Positions 12,183 to 23,606 of a DNA stretch of 64,000 nt are shown here, piece after piece (the first letter of the stretch is position 1; each line of letters begins with the position of its first letter). The stretch lies in NCBI GenBank assembly GCA_030295235.1, contig AP026123.1, forward strand, positions 682,001 to 746,000, given 5' to 3'. The notes below the pieces were generated by a model. It had not been told where the DNA came from. It saw only the letters and a program-made list of their open reading frames with translations, and did not search any database. The position numbers were made by a program, and so were the translations under genes. The DNA is from Fistulifera solaris. Its lineage: Eukaryota.

Positions 12183-13637
12183 ATGAAGGTGTGTGTTTCA
12201 CTTCCGCCAATGCCAGAAACTGTAACTGTAGGTTTGCATGGAGTGCAGTTGAAGCGCTTCGAACAAGTGGTGGCAAAGTTGTTGACGCACATCACACCGC
12301 GGTATTCGCAATTGCCTTCTCCGCCTCATCCATTGCAAGAATGGAAGGGAACAGGGAAACAAGGACAGATTGAAGATCCTGTTCGCGCCCAGCGCAAACA
12401 AAATCAGATTCGATCGCTGATGCGCTGTATTTTGTCGCTTATACCAGAAGAAGTACTTTCTATCGAAACAACCACGAAAGAGGAGGAAAAAACTTATACT
12501 ATTGTCGATTTTGGAGGAGGATCGGGACATCTCTCAATCCCACTGGCGTTGACGTTGCCTCAATGTCGTATCATTTGTGTCGATCTCAGTGCTCCCGCTT
12601 TGACATTATTGTACGAGAAAGCAAAGGAATTTTGCACGGCTGGGTCGGTTCCTGAAGGAGTCACAACTGCAACAATCAACTCCAAGGAACTACAAGCAAC
12701 CTGCATTTCCAATTTGTTCACCTTCCATGGCCCTGTTCAAGCTTTCGACTTTCATTTAGACATGGCGGTGGCCTTACATTTGTGCGGAGAAGCGACGGAT
12801 GTGGCGTTAAGAGTCGCTGCAGAACGACAGGCCTCGGCGATGGTTCTATCACCGTGCTGTGTGGGAAAACTAGCTGGTGATGGTGGCAATCCCTATGTGT
12901 TTCAAGCGAGCGGTCAAAATCATTCCACCATTTCGTATCCTCAATCGAGTAAGTTCTGTCAGCTCATTCTCGGGACCGCCGCATCGGCAAACAAGTACAA
13001 TCGAAAAGTCAAAACATCGGAATATTCGAACCCAGCCGAAACAACAAATGGCGTTGTTAGTGACAGGAGTGATTGGGATGCCTTGGCCAAAAGTGCAGAC
13101 TACAGCTCCATGCCCGAAACTCGAACACCACGGAATGCGGCTCGGCGGACGGCAAAAGCCTTGCTGGAGACGGATCGGAGCTTGTTCTTACAAGAAGCCT
13201 TTCAATATGAGACTTGTTTGACGCGGATGGATCCGTGGGAAGCGAGTCCCAAAAACGATATCATACTGGCGTGGCGTCGAGCGAGTCGTTATTCGTCTTA
13301 TCATCCAGCCAAGATGCCAGCTGACGTGCTGTGCGAACAAGATATTCTTCAAACTATGAATCATTTATTGAGTACGTCTAATGAGAAAGACAGGGTTCAA
13401 TGTGATACTGTAGATTGGACCAAGGAAGAGGAGGACGAAATAAGGCAGAAAATTATAGAATTTTTAGAGTCACAATCGGGAAGCAGTGGTGTATTACTGT
13501 TTCCAACACGCATGGGTGGCCGGAAACGCAAATTAATCCACTTTGTGGCGGAACAAATGCATCTCGCGCATTGGTCACACGGTAAGAAAGAAGCGGAAAA
13601 AACTGTGGCTGTTTCTCGCGTGCGTCAAAGAATATGA
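12183..13637 (+). CDS. SAM-dependent methyltransferase (Methyltransf_32/GSTCD-like) with C-terminal R3H domain
   Basis: IVDFGGGSGHL motif I, VALHLCGEATD, PCCVGK and SPKND; C-terminal LFPTRMGGRKRKLIHFVAEQMHLAHWSHG R3H pattern. Confidence 0.85.
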   Translation: MKVCVSLPPMPETVTVGLHGVQLKRFEQVVAKLLTHITPRYSQLPSPPHPLQEWKGTGKQGQIEDPVRAQRKQNQIRSLMRCILSLIPEEVLSIETTTKEEEKTYTIVDFGGGSGHLSIPLALTLPQCRIICVDLSAPALTLLYEKAKEFCTAGSVPEGVTTATINSKELQATCISNLFTFHGPVQAFDFHLDMAVALHLCGEATDVALRVAAERQASAMVLSPCCVGKLAGDGGNPYVFQASGQNHSTISYPQSSKFCQLILGTAASANKYNRKVKTSEYSNPAETTNGVVSDRSDWDALAKSADYSSMPETRTPRNAARRTAKALLETDRSLFLQEAFQYETCLTRMDPWEASPKNDIILAWRRASRYSSYHPAKMPADVLCEQDILQTMNHLLSTSNEKDRVQCDTVDWTKEEEDEIRQKIIEFLESQSGSSGVLLFPTRMGGRKRKLIHFVAEQMHLAHWSHGKKEAEKTVAVSRVRQRI

Positions 13638-13864
13638 CGGTTTCGCAAAAGCGGACAAAGTGCGCATCATCAAGAGGTTGATACAATCGTCCTAGCGTAC
13701 GAACTACTCTTATGCTTCGATGGCTTAGGGCGAAATTGTGTCGCCAGCTGTTTGTTAAGCTACCTGGTAATGTAGTAGACTCTCCCACCCTGTTGTTTAG
13801 TTGTCGTCTAAAATACATGCATTTGACTAAAAAATACTATAGACTTGTTACAGAGACTCCTTTC

Positions 13865-14849
13865 TTAAAGTTGTTCCTGTAGTTTAGCCAGCTCGGCTTG
13901 CTTCGCTGCCAGGATGGCTTGTAAGTCAGCCAGATCGGCATCGGCATCGGCATCTTCCTCATCTTCTCCATCATCATCTTCGTCGCCTTCGGACTCGGCG
14001 TTTTCATTGTCTCCGGCCTGTTCATCTTCCGGCTCCTCCGTGAGATCATCTTCCCCGTCGTCCTGAATCTCGATCGCCGTCTCGGTCTCTTCTGCGCGTG
14101 CTTCATAGACCTGTTCACTCACTTCCGGCGTGGGTGCTGATTCGGCAACGACGGGTTCTGGTTCTACTGGTGTTTGAGGTGAAGGGATGGGTGCATTCAC
14201 GACAGCGGCCGGAACGGAAAGTGATTCGTTCATTTCCATTTGCATTCGACGACGGTAGTGTTTGTTTGGACTATCATCATACTGCCCTTGACGGATATTT
14301 TGACCCGCTGCAGTCGAGCGGAGCTTCGTTTTCGTCCAATTTGGTTTGAACGCCGGTCGCTCCGCCTGACGGCCGTATCTTCCGTAGTCGGTCTGATGCG
14401 AGTTGTTGGGGATACCTTCGGAACTGTACATAGTCCTTAATTTCTCAATAAAACCAGGAGGAAGTTTCGCTCCACGTAAATAGGATTGGTAGTCCGGATC
14501 GGATTCTTTGACACCAAATCCTTCGAGCACCTTCGGGTCGATCCTAAAGTTACGACCGCTGGCTCTCGGACTCGCCGGGCTTTTCTTCTCCTTTTTCACT
14601 ACGGCCCTGCCAGTTGCTATTGAAAGCAACAGGGATACCATCCGATCCCAGCTTCAAGTTTCCCTCTTCGTCGAACAGAGCCCCCATATCGTTGATTTCA
14701 GCAAACTGATTGAAGTACGTCGCCATTTGTTCCTCGAGCTGACGCTGCGCCTGCTCCTCGTCGAGATCCAAAATATAATGAGGTGTGCATTCCATCCACC
14801 ACTCCGGAACGCGGCCGACTCCTACCGGTAAATCTTCTACTTGAGCCAT
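13865..14849 (-). CDS. Uncharacterised KPxW-module protein A (paralog of D); frameshift ~14590
   Basis: N-terminal LPVGVGRVPEWWM domain aligns with 20114..21850; FKPNWTKTKLRSTAAGQNIRQG module; acidic region and C-terminal LAAKQAELAK helix. Confidence 0.8.
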
Positions 14850-15448
14850 GATCTGCTGTATTTGAAGGTTTGTTTAGTTGTAACGTGGCTAGAGGTTTAA
14901 GTATCACGGTTGCGTTGTTGTTTTGGTCATTGACAAACGGCTTTTGAGGGTCTTGTTTGATGCGCGGGGATCTTTTCAAAGAACCAAAGAAAGCGAGGAG
15001 GCAGGTCATTTTTGTTTTTTGAATGTCTTTCGACGGCATGACGCATGACAGACGATGTACTTGTTACCTTATACTAGTAACAATGTCTTCTGACTTGGTA
15101 TTGTGTCCCAACTGATGACCTGAGCCTAAACCCTTTGGTGACCAATTTCTGTCGGTAAGAACTCCGCCGTCTTTTGGTTTTCAGAATGTTTGATCTAAAG
15201 ATCTGCTCCTATCCTAGATCCTCTCTCTAGCAAGGAACAACAAACACATCAAACGAGCTTCGTTTTCTAGACCGGTGAAATCGGTTTCCTCTAAACATGC
15301 GACACTCTTGACGATGTGAATCATCAGCTAGATATTAGACTTATTTATGTTAACTAACACCGAAAAAGTTATATAATACTAAATATGAATATAGAGGTCT
15401 AAACAATTTGAGCAAACGCCATCAAAACTATTCAGAAATGATGGTTGA

Positions 15449-16080
15449 TCAGCTTGTAGGGCTCATTTTCGTGCTACTGCCGCACAAACTTTGGGGTCCG
15501 AACAAGTCCTCCACCGACAATTTCCGAACCAATCCTTGACGAGGAGTTCGGGTTGCACTGCGCATGAACTCTAAGCTACCCGAAGATTTATAATTTCTGG
15601 GTTTTGTTCGTTTATCCAGAGTGGAAAGAATCACTTTCCCTTCTTGGCCATCAAAGGAAATGTTACGAGTGACACCCCGTCTTGGAGGCGAGTCGCGTTC
15701 ACGGCGAGGTTTAGGGAAACTTTCGTCCGAGAAAGATGTGTTTCTTCCTGGTGGGATTCGTAGATGATGGGTTCGTCCGCTTGGATCCTTGGGGCTTGGT
15801 GTAGAACACGCGTGAATCATCTCAGTCTTCGATAGAACAGATCTGGGTGTCTTTGTGCTCATTTCGTCCTCGACAGTGTTGGTTGTTTCCGCTGCAATGC
15901 TGTGGTCCTCCTCGTCTGAATTCGTCCCATCGACCTCCTCGTCGCTTTCAACGACGACTACAGATTCGTCCTCAAAGTCTTCTCCGTCACTTCCCAGATC
16001 ACTGATCGAATGAAATGAGCCATGGAACGAGTCTCCGAGCGTTTCACTCTTCTTTTCGGGCTGCTCAAATATTCAGTCAT
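15449..16080 (-). CDS. Low-complexity acidic/Ser-rich hypothetical protein; probable frameshift near the start
   Basis: The frame of ORF 15449..15862 stays open upstream to ~16070 (acidic SDGEDFEDES tract). The ATG at 16080 is one base out of frame. Confidence 0.45.
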
Positions 16081-17038
16081 GGCCACTTTAAACTTCAACT
16101 ACCTGCTAATGAGATAATGCTGTTTGTGATTATTCCTTCCAGCTTTCAAATGTTTGCTTTGCATGAAATGGAAACGGAAGTGGCGAAACGATGATCAAGG
16201 TGCCGCTCATCGTCTGCATCAATGAGTATCGCGTAGTCCTAAAATAGGCCCGGAGCGCTTTCTTGTTGCAATGCCTCAAGTCGTCTCACACAATTAAGTG
16301 TACCAAGTCGAAGCCTGCTTCTTCTTCCGTCGCGGCTTTCTTATTTCTCAGTTCTATTGGGTCATTCATCGTTCTTCCAAAAAACGCAGCGGTACTTGAT
16401 GTACAACTTACGTCATATTCAAATAGAGTTATGACCCCGTCTACCTTTACTTAGTAGTCTTTTATTGATGATACTCCGAAACCGTACAGGTGTTATTGAA
16501 GAACGAAACTAGTGAAATGTAACGAACAATATCTGTACTGATCGGAAGAGTGTAAATAAAGTTGGACATTAGATCCGAAGTCCCACGTATGAGTCGCGAG
16601 TGGTGAAGGAAAAGTAAGTTTGGGACACGAATAACGAATGACGCATGAACTAGGAATTAGCAACAACTTTCAACTACCCCCGGAGTACAACATAATAAGA
16701 TGAAAAGCATCAACAACCTCTAAATCAACATCAAATCCTAGAGTTTACCTCTTGATGTTGATGTTTCTCCTTCACCTTGGATCTTGGACGCTTGTTAATC
16801 TAGATTCGACGACGATGGTGAGCTAGCTTTCGATGAAATGATGCCATAAAACCAATCTTTATTACTCTCTCACATAAAATTAGGAACATACATGTGTGTA
16901 ATACGAAGAGAGGTATGCTGAAATCTAATAGTAATCAATTTATTTGCACGACCATTACACGACCGGGCGTCAGACCCAAGACACAATGGATTGAGAAAGT
17001 TCGACAAGCAGAAAGGAAAACGTAGTCTCCGTCAATTT

Positions 17039-17425
17039 CTAATCATCGACAGGTTTGATACCACCAATGGGTCTAGCAATTTCTTTTCCTTCCTTCAAAG
17101 CAGCACCCTTGTCACTGGTCTTGATCGGAGCATTCTTCGTCCAGTCGGGCTTTTCCCACTGAAGGTTTCCTTCGGTGTGAGGAAGGCTCGTAATAGGCTT
17201 CGCAAGATCACCTTGAATTCGCTGTCCCTCTTTAGCAGCAGCTTCACCAGTCCATTCGGGCTTCTTGAAATCAAGGTCTTCTTGTTTCTGATGCGGCAGA
17301 TTTGTGATGGGCTTGGCCAAGTTGCCGCCGGATTTCAAATCGTCGCCCTTTCCGGTAGACCGAAGCTTGGGGCCATTCGTAGCCCAATCGGGTTTCTTCC
17401 AGGAAAGATCTTTATCGTCGTCCAT
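17039..17425 (-). CDS. Uncharacterised KPxW-module protein B (128 aa, three tandem modules)
   Basis: MDDDKDLSWKKPDW...LAKPITNLPH / DFKKPEW...LAKPITSLPH / QWEKPDW...IARPIGGIKPVDD. Confidence 0.85.
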   Translation of the reverse strand: MDDDKDLSWKKPDWATNGPKLRSTGKGDDLKSGGNLAKPITNLPHQKQEDLDFKKPEWTGEAAAKEGQRIQGDLAKPITSLPHTEGNLQWEKPDWTKNAPIKTSDKGAALKEGKEIARPIGGIKPVDD

Positions 17426-18237
17426 GGTTTGAGCGTCTCTGTGATGATAGCAACGATCTTTGAGGTTGTGCGGCCGTTTGATGTTCGTTTGCTTTGTGCC
17501 AGCTGATGCGCGCAAGAAGCACGGAGGAGCGATCCCGGTCTACAATCGTGGTAAGACAAGGGCAGTTACAAGATCTTTTTATACTGTGGGATAAAAAGTA
17601 AGCAAAGCAATCTTTTCGGCTTGCCTTGGCAAGACTTCGGTTTGGCGCGCATTTTTAGCGGTCATTATTTCGGTCATTTTGATTTGGGTCATTATTTGCG
17701 TCCGTCGTCCGTGGGCTCCTGAAACTTCCTTTCGTCTCGATGAAGCCTTACCGGTTCTAAAAGTCATTGTGCCACAGAAAGGAATGACGCCTGAAACGTC
17801 CTTCCCATAACTAGCAGCTTGCCACTGGTACTCGTTTTGTACTGTCTTAGTAGGAACATCTCGCAATCAGCTCTACATTTGAGTCTTACAGTAATTCTGT
17901 AATGTCAGTCTTTTGTCTTTTGAGGTCGTAAATAAAAAAATCGAGTGTTGACGCAGTAAGAAGCGGTTAACAACAGCCTCATCTTGATCATGAAGAAAGG
18001 GAGCAAAATCATTCGACTTTGACTTCTTTTCACCCTTCTGCTGTTTCTTGTTCATGTGAATTAGCTCTAGATAAAAGAAGAGCAAGAAGAATAGCTGAAA
18101 TAGCGAGGAGTGTCGTCCGCATCTAATAAAAATAACTGCTGGTGAGCCCTTTACCGGCCGAGACATTTGCGACACCGCCGCTTGAATATTTATAAGTTAC
18201 TGCGGCTTACCTGTTGATATAAATTGCCTGCTTTGAG

Positions 18238-19933
18238 ATGGCGGAAGACGATGGCATCGAAACGGATCCCCTGGCGCCCTACCAGAAGGAGAAAGTGATA
18301 TGGAGCGAGCATATGGCAGAAGCCCGGCCTTTTTTAATGCCAGACGAGGAAAATGAAGGTGAAGTCGTTGAAATACTTCCACCGGAAAAAGAGAATCGCA
18401 AAATCATGTGGGCGGACGAAATCCACATTTGCGAGATGCCGAATAGACGACAGCTTGGCATGATAACGGATGAAGAAGATGACGAAGATGATAATAGTTA
18501 CGAAATTGAGATCGTTGAAGATGATGGCGATGCCGACTTTTATCTTGAGATTGTCGACGGAGAAATTTTCTATGTGTTCGAAACCGAAGACGACTCGGAC
18601 GAGGATATGGATGATGGTAGTCTTTCAGACACAGGGTCGGTCATTGAGGAATCTCGACCGACGCTTTCTTTGCCAACATCGCAAATGATGGCGCTTCCGC
18701 TGGGTGACGATGACGGCGATGCGGTACATCAAACGGAGAGCGATGCGATGGTTGTCGATGATGTCCCGTTACATTTGGTTGAACTAGAAGAAGAACTGGT
18801 CAATATGGAGGATGATAAGGTTGTAGAATCGATGCCGCAGCAAGATCAAGCCGACGATGAAGTAGCTAGTGCTGATGGAGAAGTAACAGATGCTCGCAAA
18901 GCAATGGATGTAGCCATTCCTGTCGAAGTTGACTTCATGTCTCCAGTAACTACTCCTGAACAAGAACCGAAAGCAAAGATGGCACCCGGGCCGTCAGAAC
19001 GGGCGGCTCTTATGATTCCATCATCACCGCAGGCCCCTGCACAGGTTTCGGTGAAAGCGCCACCTAAGTCTCCAACGAGCCCAGGACGGTCCATTTTGAA
19101 GGCATGCCCACCGAGCCCGCAACGTAGACATAGAGAAAACAAAGAGAAGAAGGCCAAAGGAATCAGAAAGACTTACGTCCGAGCCGATACATTCGACGGT
19201 GAACATCAGGTATTTACGTGGACTAAGCCGGATTGGGTTCAAGAAAACAAGTTGAAGCAGACCGATCGTGGCCAAGACGTACGCCAGGGGGGTCAATCTG
19301 GCGAGTCCTATTACTTTTCCGAAGCAGGGCAAGAGGTACAACGAGCAGAATGATCACCACGCCAAGGACGTATACGAAGACGAGAATGGTAATGTAATTG
19401 ACAAGGAAGAACTCATTCGACGTATCCAAGCGGGTGAAGAAGGTGTCATGGCTTTCGTTCCTCGTCCTACTTACGGTGGAAAGTATCAACGAAAGCTCCG
19501 TTTCAGTGAGAAAGGGCAGCAAATCAGGAGTGGTGTGAATCTCGAGAAGCCTATTACGAAGGCTACAGTTGATCGAAAGCGTGACGATATAAACTTGTTG
19601 GCGCAACCAAAGGACGTTCTGAAGAAACATGTACAAGTTGAAAAGAAAGAATATGGTTGGCAGAAACCGGAATGGGCGAAAAAGGCACCAAACAAACTCA
19701 TGCATAGTCCTTCTAAAGCAAGGAAACATTACACGTGGGATGCTCCGGAATGGACGAAACCAAATCTAAAGGGATCCGGAAGAGGCGATGCAATGAAGAA
19801 GTTAGGGAAATTAGAAAAACCTATTACGCATATTGCTGAACACATAAGGCGTCATTCAGGAACGAAGACTGGGCTACCAATAGACACGGACCAGGAGTCG
19901 GAAGAGATTACCCTTACCGAGATCGAAGATTAA
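18238..19933 (+). CDS. Uncharacterised KPxW-module protein C (acidic N-terminal half, ~4 modules); frameshift in G run ~19290
   Basis: TWTKPDW...QDVRQG|VNLASPIT, GQQIRSGVNLEKPIT, GWQKPEW and TWDAPEW...KLEKPITH. Confidence 0.82.
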
Positions 19934-20113
19934 TTGCCACGCTGTATTTTGAACAGCCTAGTTTTGTAACATATCCAGCAAAGTCATTTAATCACATAAT
20001 GTCCACATCATACACATAGCAAGCGCTTCACATGACATGCAACGGCTACTTGGCAATTCTTCTAATCGAATGAAAACGAACTAAAAATTTACTGTGGGTC
20101 TGCCTGGCGTTAA

Positions 20114-21850
20114 CTAACGAAATCGAGCCAGCTGAGCCTGCTTAGCTGCCAGCTTGGCTTCGAGCTCACTAATCGCTTCCTCCTCTTCCTCTTCGTAATA
20201 TTCAATCTCGCCAGAATCTTCAATTATCTCTTCTTCATAATACGATGATCCATCTTCGACAGTCTCTTCGTCCACAAATACTTCATGGATAGAAAGGACT
20301 TCTTCCTCTTCTTCGTAATACAAATTCTCACCATTTACTTTGTCGTTATGATCGTAGTATTCTTCGACCTCCTCATATTCTCCTTCGTCGTAACGTTCTT
20401 CGGTAGCTGGGGTCACCAGCGCCGGCTCTGAATCATCTTCATCTGCCAAGAACATTAATTTATGTGTCACTCGTGGCTCTGCTGGCGCTGGTGCACGCGT
20501 AACTGCAACCGGTTGCGCTTGTTGGTAACTTTGAGAACTTGGCGCCTGCGTGGGTCTTAAGGAAGGTGGTGGCTTACTAGGAGCGGGCTTCGGTGGCGTC
20601 TTTTTCAATCCAGCACGTGCGTCCAGAAAGTGTGTTCCCTGTGCTACAGGTTGATAAGATGAGACACGTATTGATGGTGGCTCATTCAGCAGTGAGCCAT
20701 TCATCAGCCGCTCTGAATGTGCATGTTTGTTGTTGGTCGTTACGGGCGTTTGCGCTTCTGACTCGTCGCTTATTTGCCTCATTTTACTCGGAGGTGGTGT
20801 CCTCGCTGGGACCAGCTTACTTCTAGGCGGTGACATTGCTTGGGCGGGCTGCTTATTTCCTTGACGGTTGATGTTTGATTTTTGTCGACCCGCAGCGTCA
20901 GCGTGTGTCAAATGAGATGAGCGTGTTCCGTTGGTTGCGCTGTGCTCAAGACTCTGCGAATTCTGATGCCTCTTTGGTGAACCATTCGTTGCTTTCCAAG
21001 ATGGCTTCTGCGCAGGTGGAGGCGAAACTCGTCGCCGTGGGGAAGCCGGATTTCGTTTGGGTGAAGACGTTATGCTCCTACCGTTTGCTTGTGGTGCTGT
21101 TAACTTCTTTGCTTTAGCCCCTGAAAGTGCCCTGGGACTTCTTCTTGGTGATGATTGGTCGTGCTGTGGCACCTGGGTAGCTGCTGGCTTTTCGGGTGAT
21201 AAAGGAGTTTTTTTCTTCGGCACTCGCCTTACTTTTCGAACTAGCCGTTTGCCTCCAACAATCATTACTGCAGGCTTTTCACTCATATTTGATGACGGTG
21301 ACCCACCAAAACGGCGTGTGTAACCATTAGGACCCTCGTCAATATCGACTCCGCTTCGTATCATATCGCCTTCTTTCGAATGTCTGAGTTTCATTTTTGC
21401 CCAACTCGGTTTGTTATCGTCTTTTGACGCCCCATACTTCTTGTATTCAAGTTGATTTGGAGTAATACCACCGTACATTTCCTGCATTTTCAATTTGAAT
21501 TCATGTGGCAAAAGCTCTCCAGTTTCATACAAGTGGAAGTCAGGGTCTTTATCAGCAATTCCAAATAGCTTCGGATTCAATCGTATGCGTTGCTCTTGTA
21601 TTCTCGACCAATCGGGTTGCCCATCTGGAAGCGTCACCAAATGACCGTCGTGTCCTACGAGACCCGCAGCGGCAAGTTTCAAATAATAGTGAGACATTTG
21701 TTCCTGCATCTTTGTTTGAGCCTCATGTTCCGCCAGGTCTAATTTGTCGTGAGGTGTGAGATCCATCCACCATTTGGGCACTCGCCCCACCCCGATCGGC
21801 AGGGGCGCCTCACTCTGCACTATCTGTTTTGCGACGGGTTTCGTTGACAT
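20114..21850 (-). CDS. Uncharacterised KPxW-module protein D (paralog of A)
   Basis: 578-aa ORF with an LPIGVGRVPKWWM N-terminal domain, NKPSWAKMKLRHSKEGDMIRSG, an SPR/Pro-rich middle, a Tyr/Glu-rich tract and a LAAKQAQLAR end. Confidence 0.85.
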   Translation of the reverse strand: MSTKPVAKQIVQSEAPLPIGVGRVPKWWMDLTPHDKLDLAEHEAQTKMQEQMSHYYLKLAAAGLVGHDGHLVTLPDGQPDWSRIQEQRIRLNPKLFGIADKDPDFHLYETGELLPHEFKLKMQEMYGGITPNQLEYKKYGASKDDNKPSWAKMKLRHSKEGDMIRSGVDIDEGPNGYTRRFGGSPSSNMSEKPAVMIVGGKRLVRKVRRVPKKKTPLSPEKPAATQVPQHDQSSPRRSPRALSGAKAKKLTAPQANGRSITSSPKRNPASPRRRVSPPPAQKPSWKATNGSPKRHQNSQSLEHSATNGTRSSHLTHADAAGRQKSNINRQGNKQPAQAMSPPRSKLVPARTPPPSKMRQISDESEAQTPVTTNNKHAHSERLMNGSLLNEPPSIRVSSYQPVAQGTHFLDARAGLKKTPPKPAPSKPPPSLRPTQAPSSQSYQQAQPVAVTRAPAPAEPRVTHKLMFLADEDDSEPALVTPATEERYDEGEYEEVEEYYDHNDKVNGENLYYEEEEEVLSIHEVFVDEETVEDGSSYYEEEIIEDSGEIEYYEEEEEEAISELEAKLAAKQAQLARFR

Positions 21851-22541
21851 GATTTGTATCCGATATAATCAATGAGTGTTTGAGACGTTATACTATCATG
21901 CAAAGACGCCTCTGCTCTCCAATTTGTTGTTGGCACTGTCAAGGCACTTCTTCGAAACATTCGTCTTTCCTTGATGTCATTTCGAAATGCTTTGTCAGCT
22001 TCAAAGAGTGAAGCGACCGGTACTGAAGGTGTTTCTTGCAAGCAATCGGGTCATTTTCGTTGAAGAGGTCAACGAAAATGGTGGCAAGGAAAAAAAAATT
22101 GTTTGAAAGTCGCACCGCCGCACTTCCATGAGTACTTAACAGGTGCTTCGACAGAATTCGCTTAAGTATTAGAGCCAACGGAATAAAGAACTTTTAAGTA
22201 TTCATGTGGACTATCCCTTGATCTGTCTCTCATCCCACTGGTACTGAATTTTGGAATGGGAAGTACAAATGACCCGAACCATGACTAATGTCACCTTGCG
22301 TTCCGCACTTTGCTTTGATAAGTGAATGTCTCACATTTTTCACGGGAAGTACAATAAGAGTCACACAAACCCTCGTGTCAGTACTGCTTTGAATGGCTTT
22401 GCAAGGATGGAGAAAGCTCCCCTCACCAAGACCTCATTCCTTGGTTTGACGATGATGGTGAATGAAACAATCCATTTCCTGTGAAGTCAAACATCAAACA
22501 ATACAATCTTACTTCAAGCCGACAACTTAAATTCTTTCGCC

Positions 22542-23504
22542 ATGACAGTCTACGATCAAAGCGATAGCGACGACTCTTCCTATGAAGAACAGAGTGAGAG
22601 CGAAAGCGAATACACGGAAGAAGAAGTGGAGGAGGAAACTGAAGAGGACGATACAGAATCTTCGAGTGTTGTCATAGAGTCCAAACCTATCAAGATTACA
22701 TCCTTCTGGGAAACAGCCACTCCCAAATCCCCCCGGCAAGAAGGAAGTCGAAAGTTCCAGTAGCGATGAGGAAGACACGGACGACTCTAGTAGTAGTGAC
22801 GCGAAAAAAATATCGGTACGAAAGACGTCGATCACCAAGGTTCCAGACGTGTCACAAGCTTCACCGGTGCGGGTCAAAGAAGATATCCCTTCCGTGCTAA
22901 AACAACAGGGTCCTTCGACTCCAGTCGCACCGTCTCCACCACCCGTCGTTGTTGTGAAACCGTCAGCACCCGTCCCGACCCCAGATGTTGTGGTAGAAAC
23001 CCCGGCACCGTCTTCTGTCGTTGTGGAGGAGCCCGTATCCCCTGTCTCTCCACCGTCTCCTGTGATCAAATCATTAGTGGCCGTTCCGACTTCTGTAAAA
23101 GCATCTTCCCCGCCTAAACCATCCCCCGTCAAGGTGCCGTCTCCACCGGCGACCAAGAAAGAACCGTCACGAGCTCCGGCGACTACGTTTCATCGACCTG
23201 CAGGCTTTACACCTGAAAATGAACCAGCGGACGACGACAAATTGGCTTGGAAGAAGCCGGATTGGGCGAAAAAGACGGTCCTACGGGCCACCGAAAAGGG
23301 CGATTTGCTCAAGCATGGTGCTACTTTGGCAGCTCCTATTACGAAAATCAGTGAAGTAGTAGAAAAGGAAAAGAAAAATTTAGGCTTTGCCAAGCCTGAA
23401 TGGACCAAGACGGTGAATCTCAAAAGTCACAGAAAGGAGATAAGATGAAAGCTGGTGAATACATCAGCCGACCCATTGGAGGCATCAAAGCGTTGGAAGA
23501 CTAA
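22542..23504 (+). CDS. Uncharacterised KPxW-module protein E (acidic, Pro/Val-rich, two modules); frameshifts ~22730 and ~23425
   Basis: AWKKPDW...KGDLLKHGATLAAPIT and GFAKPEW...KGDKMKAGEYISRPIGGIKALED; the C-terminus matches protein B. Confidence 0.8.
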
Positions 23505-23606
23505 TCTCATTTTATGTCTGCGTGACATCAAATACATTGTTCTTGAACTAGTCATAACTAATCTTATATATTATGAGTATCGGCTATCATTACACCTTGG
23601 ATACCA

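Noticed and set aside
22527..23156. Thr/Gly-rich 209-aa ORF on the minus strand
   Set aside because: It is the antisense shadow of the Pro/Val-rich part of KPxW protein E.
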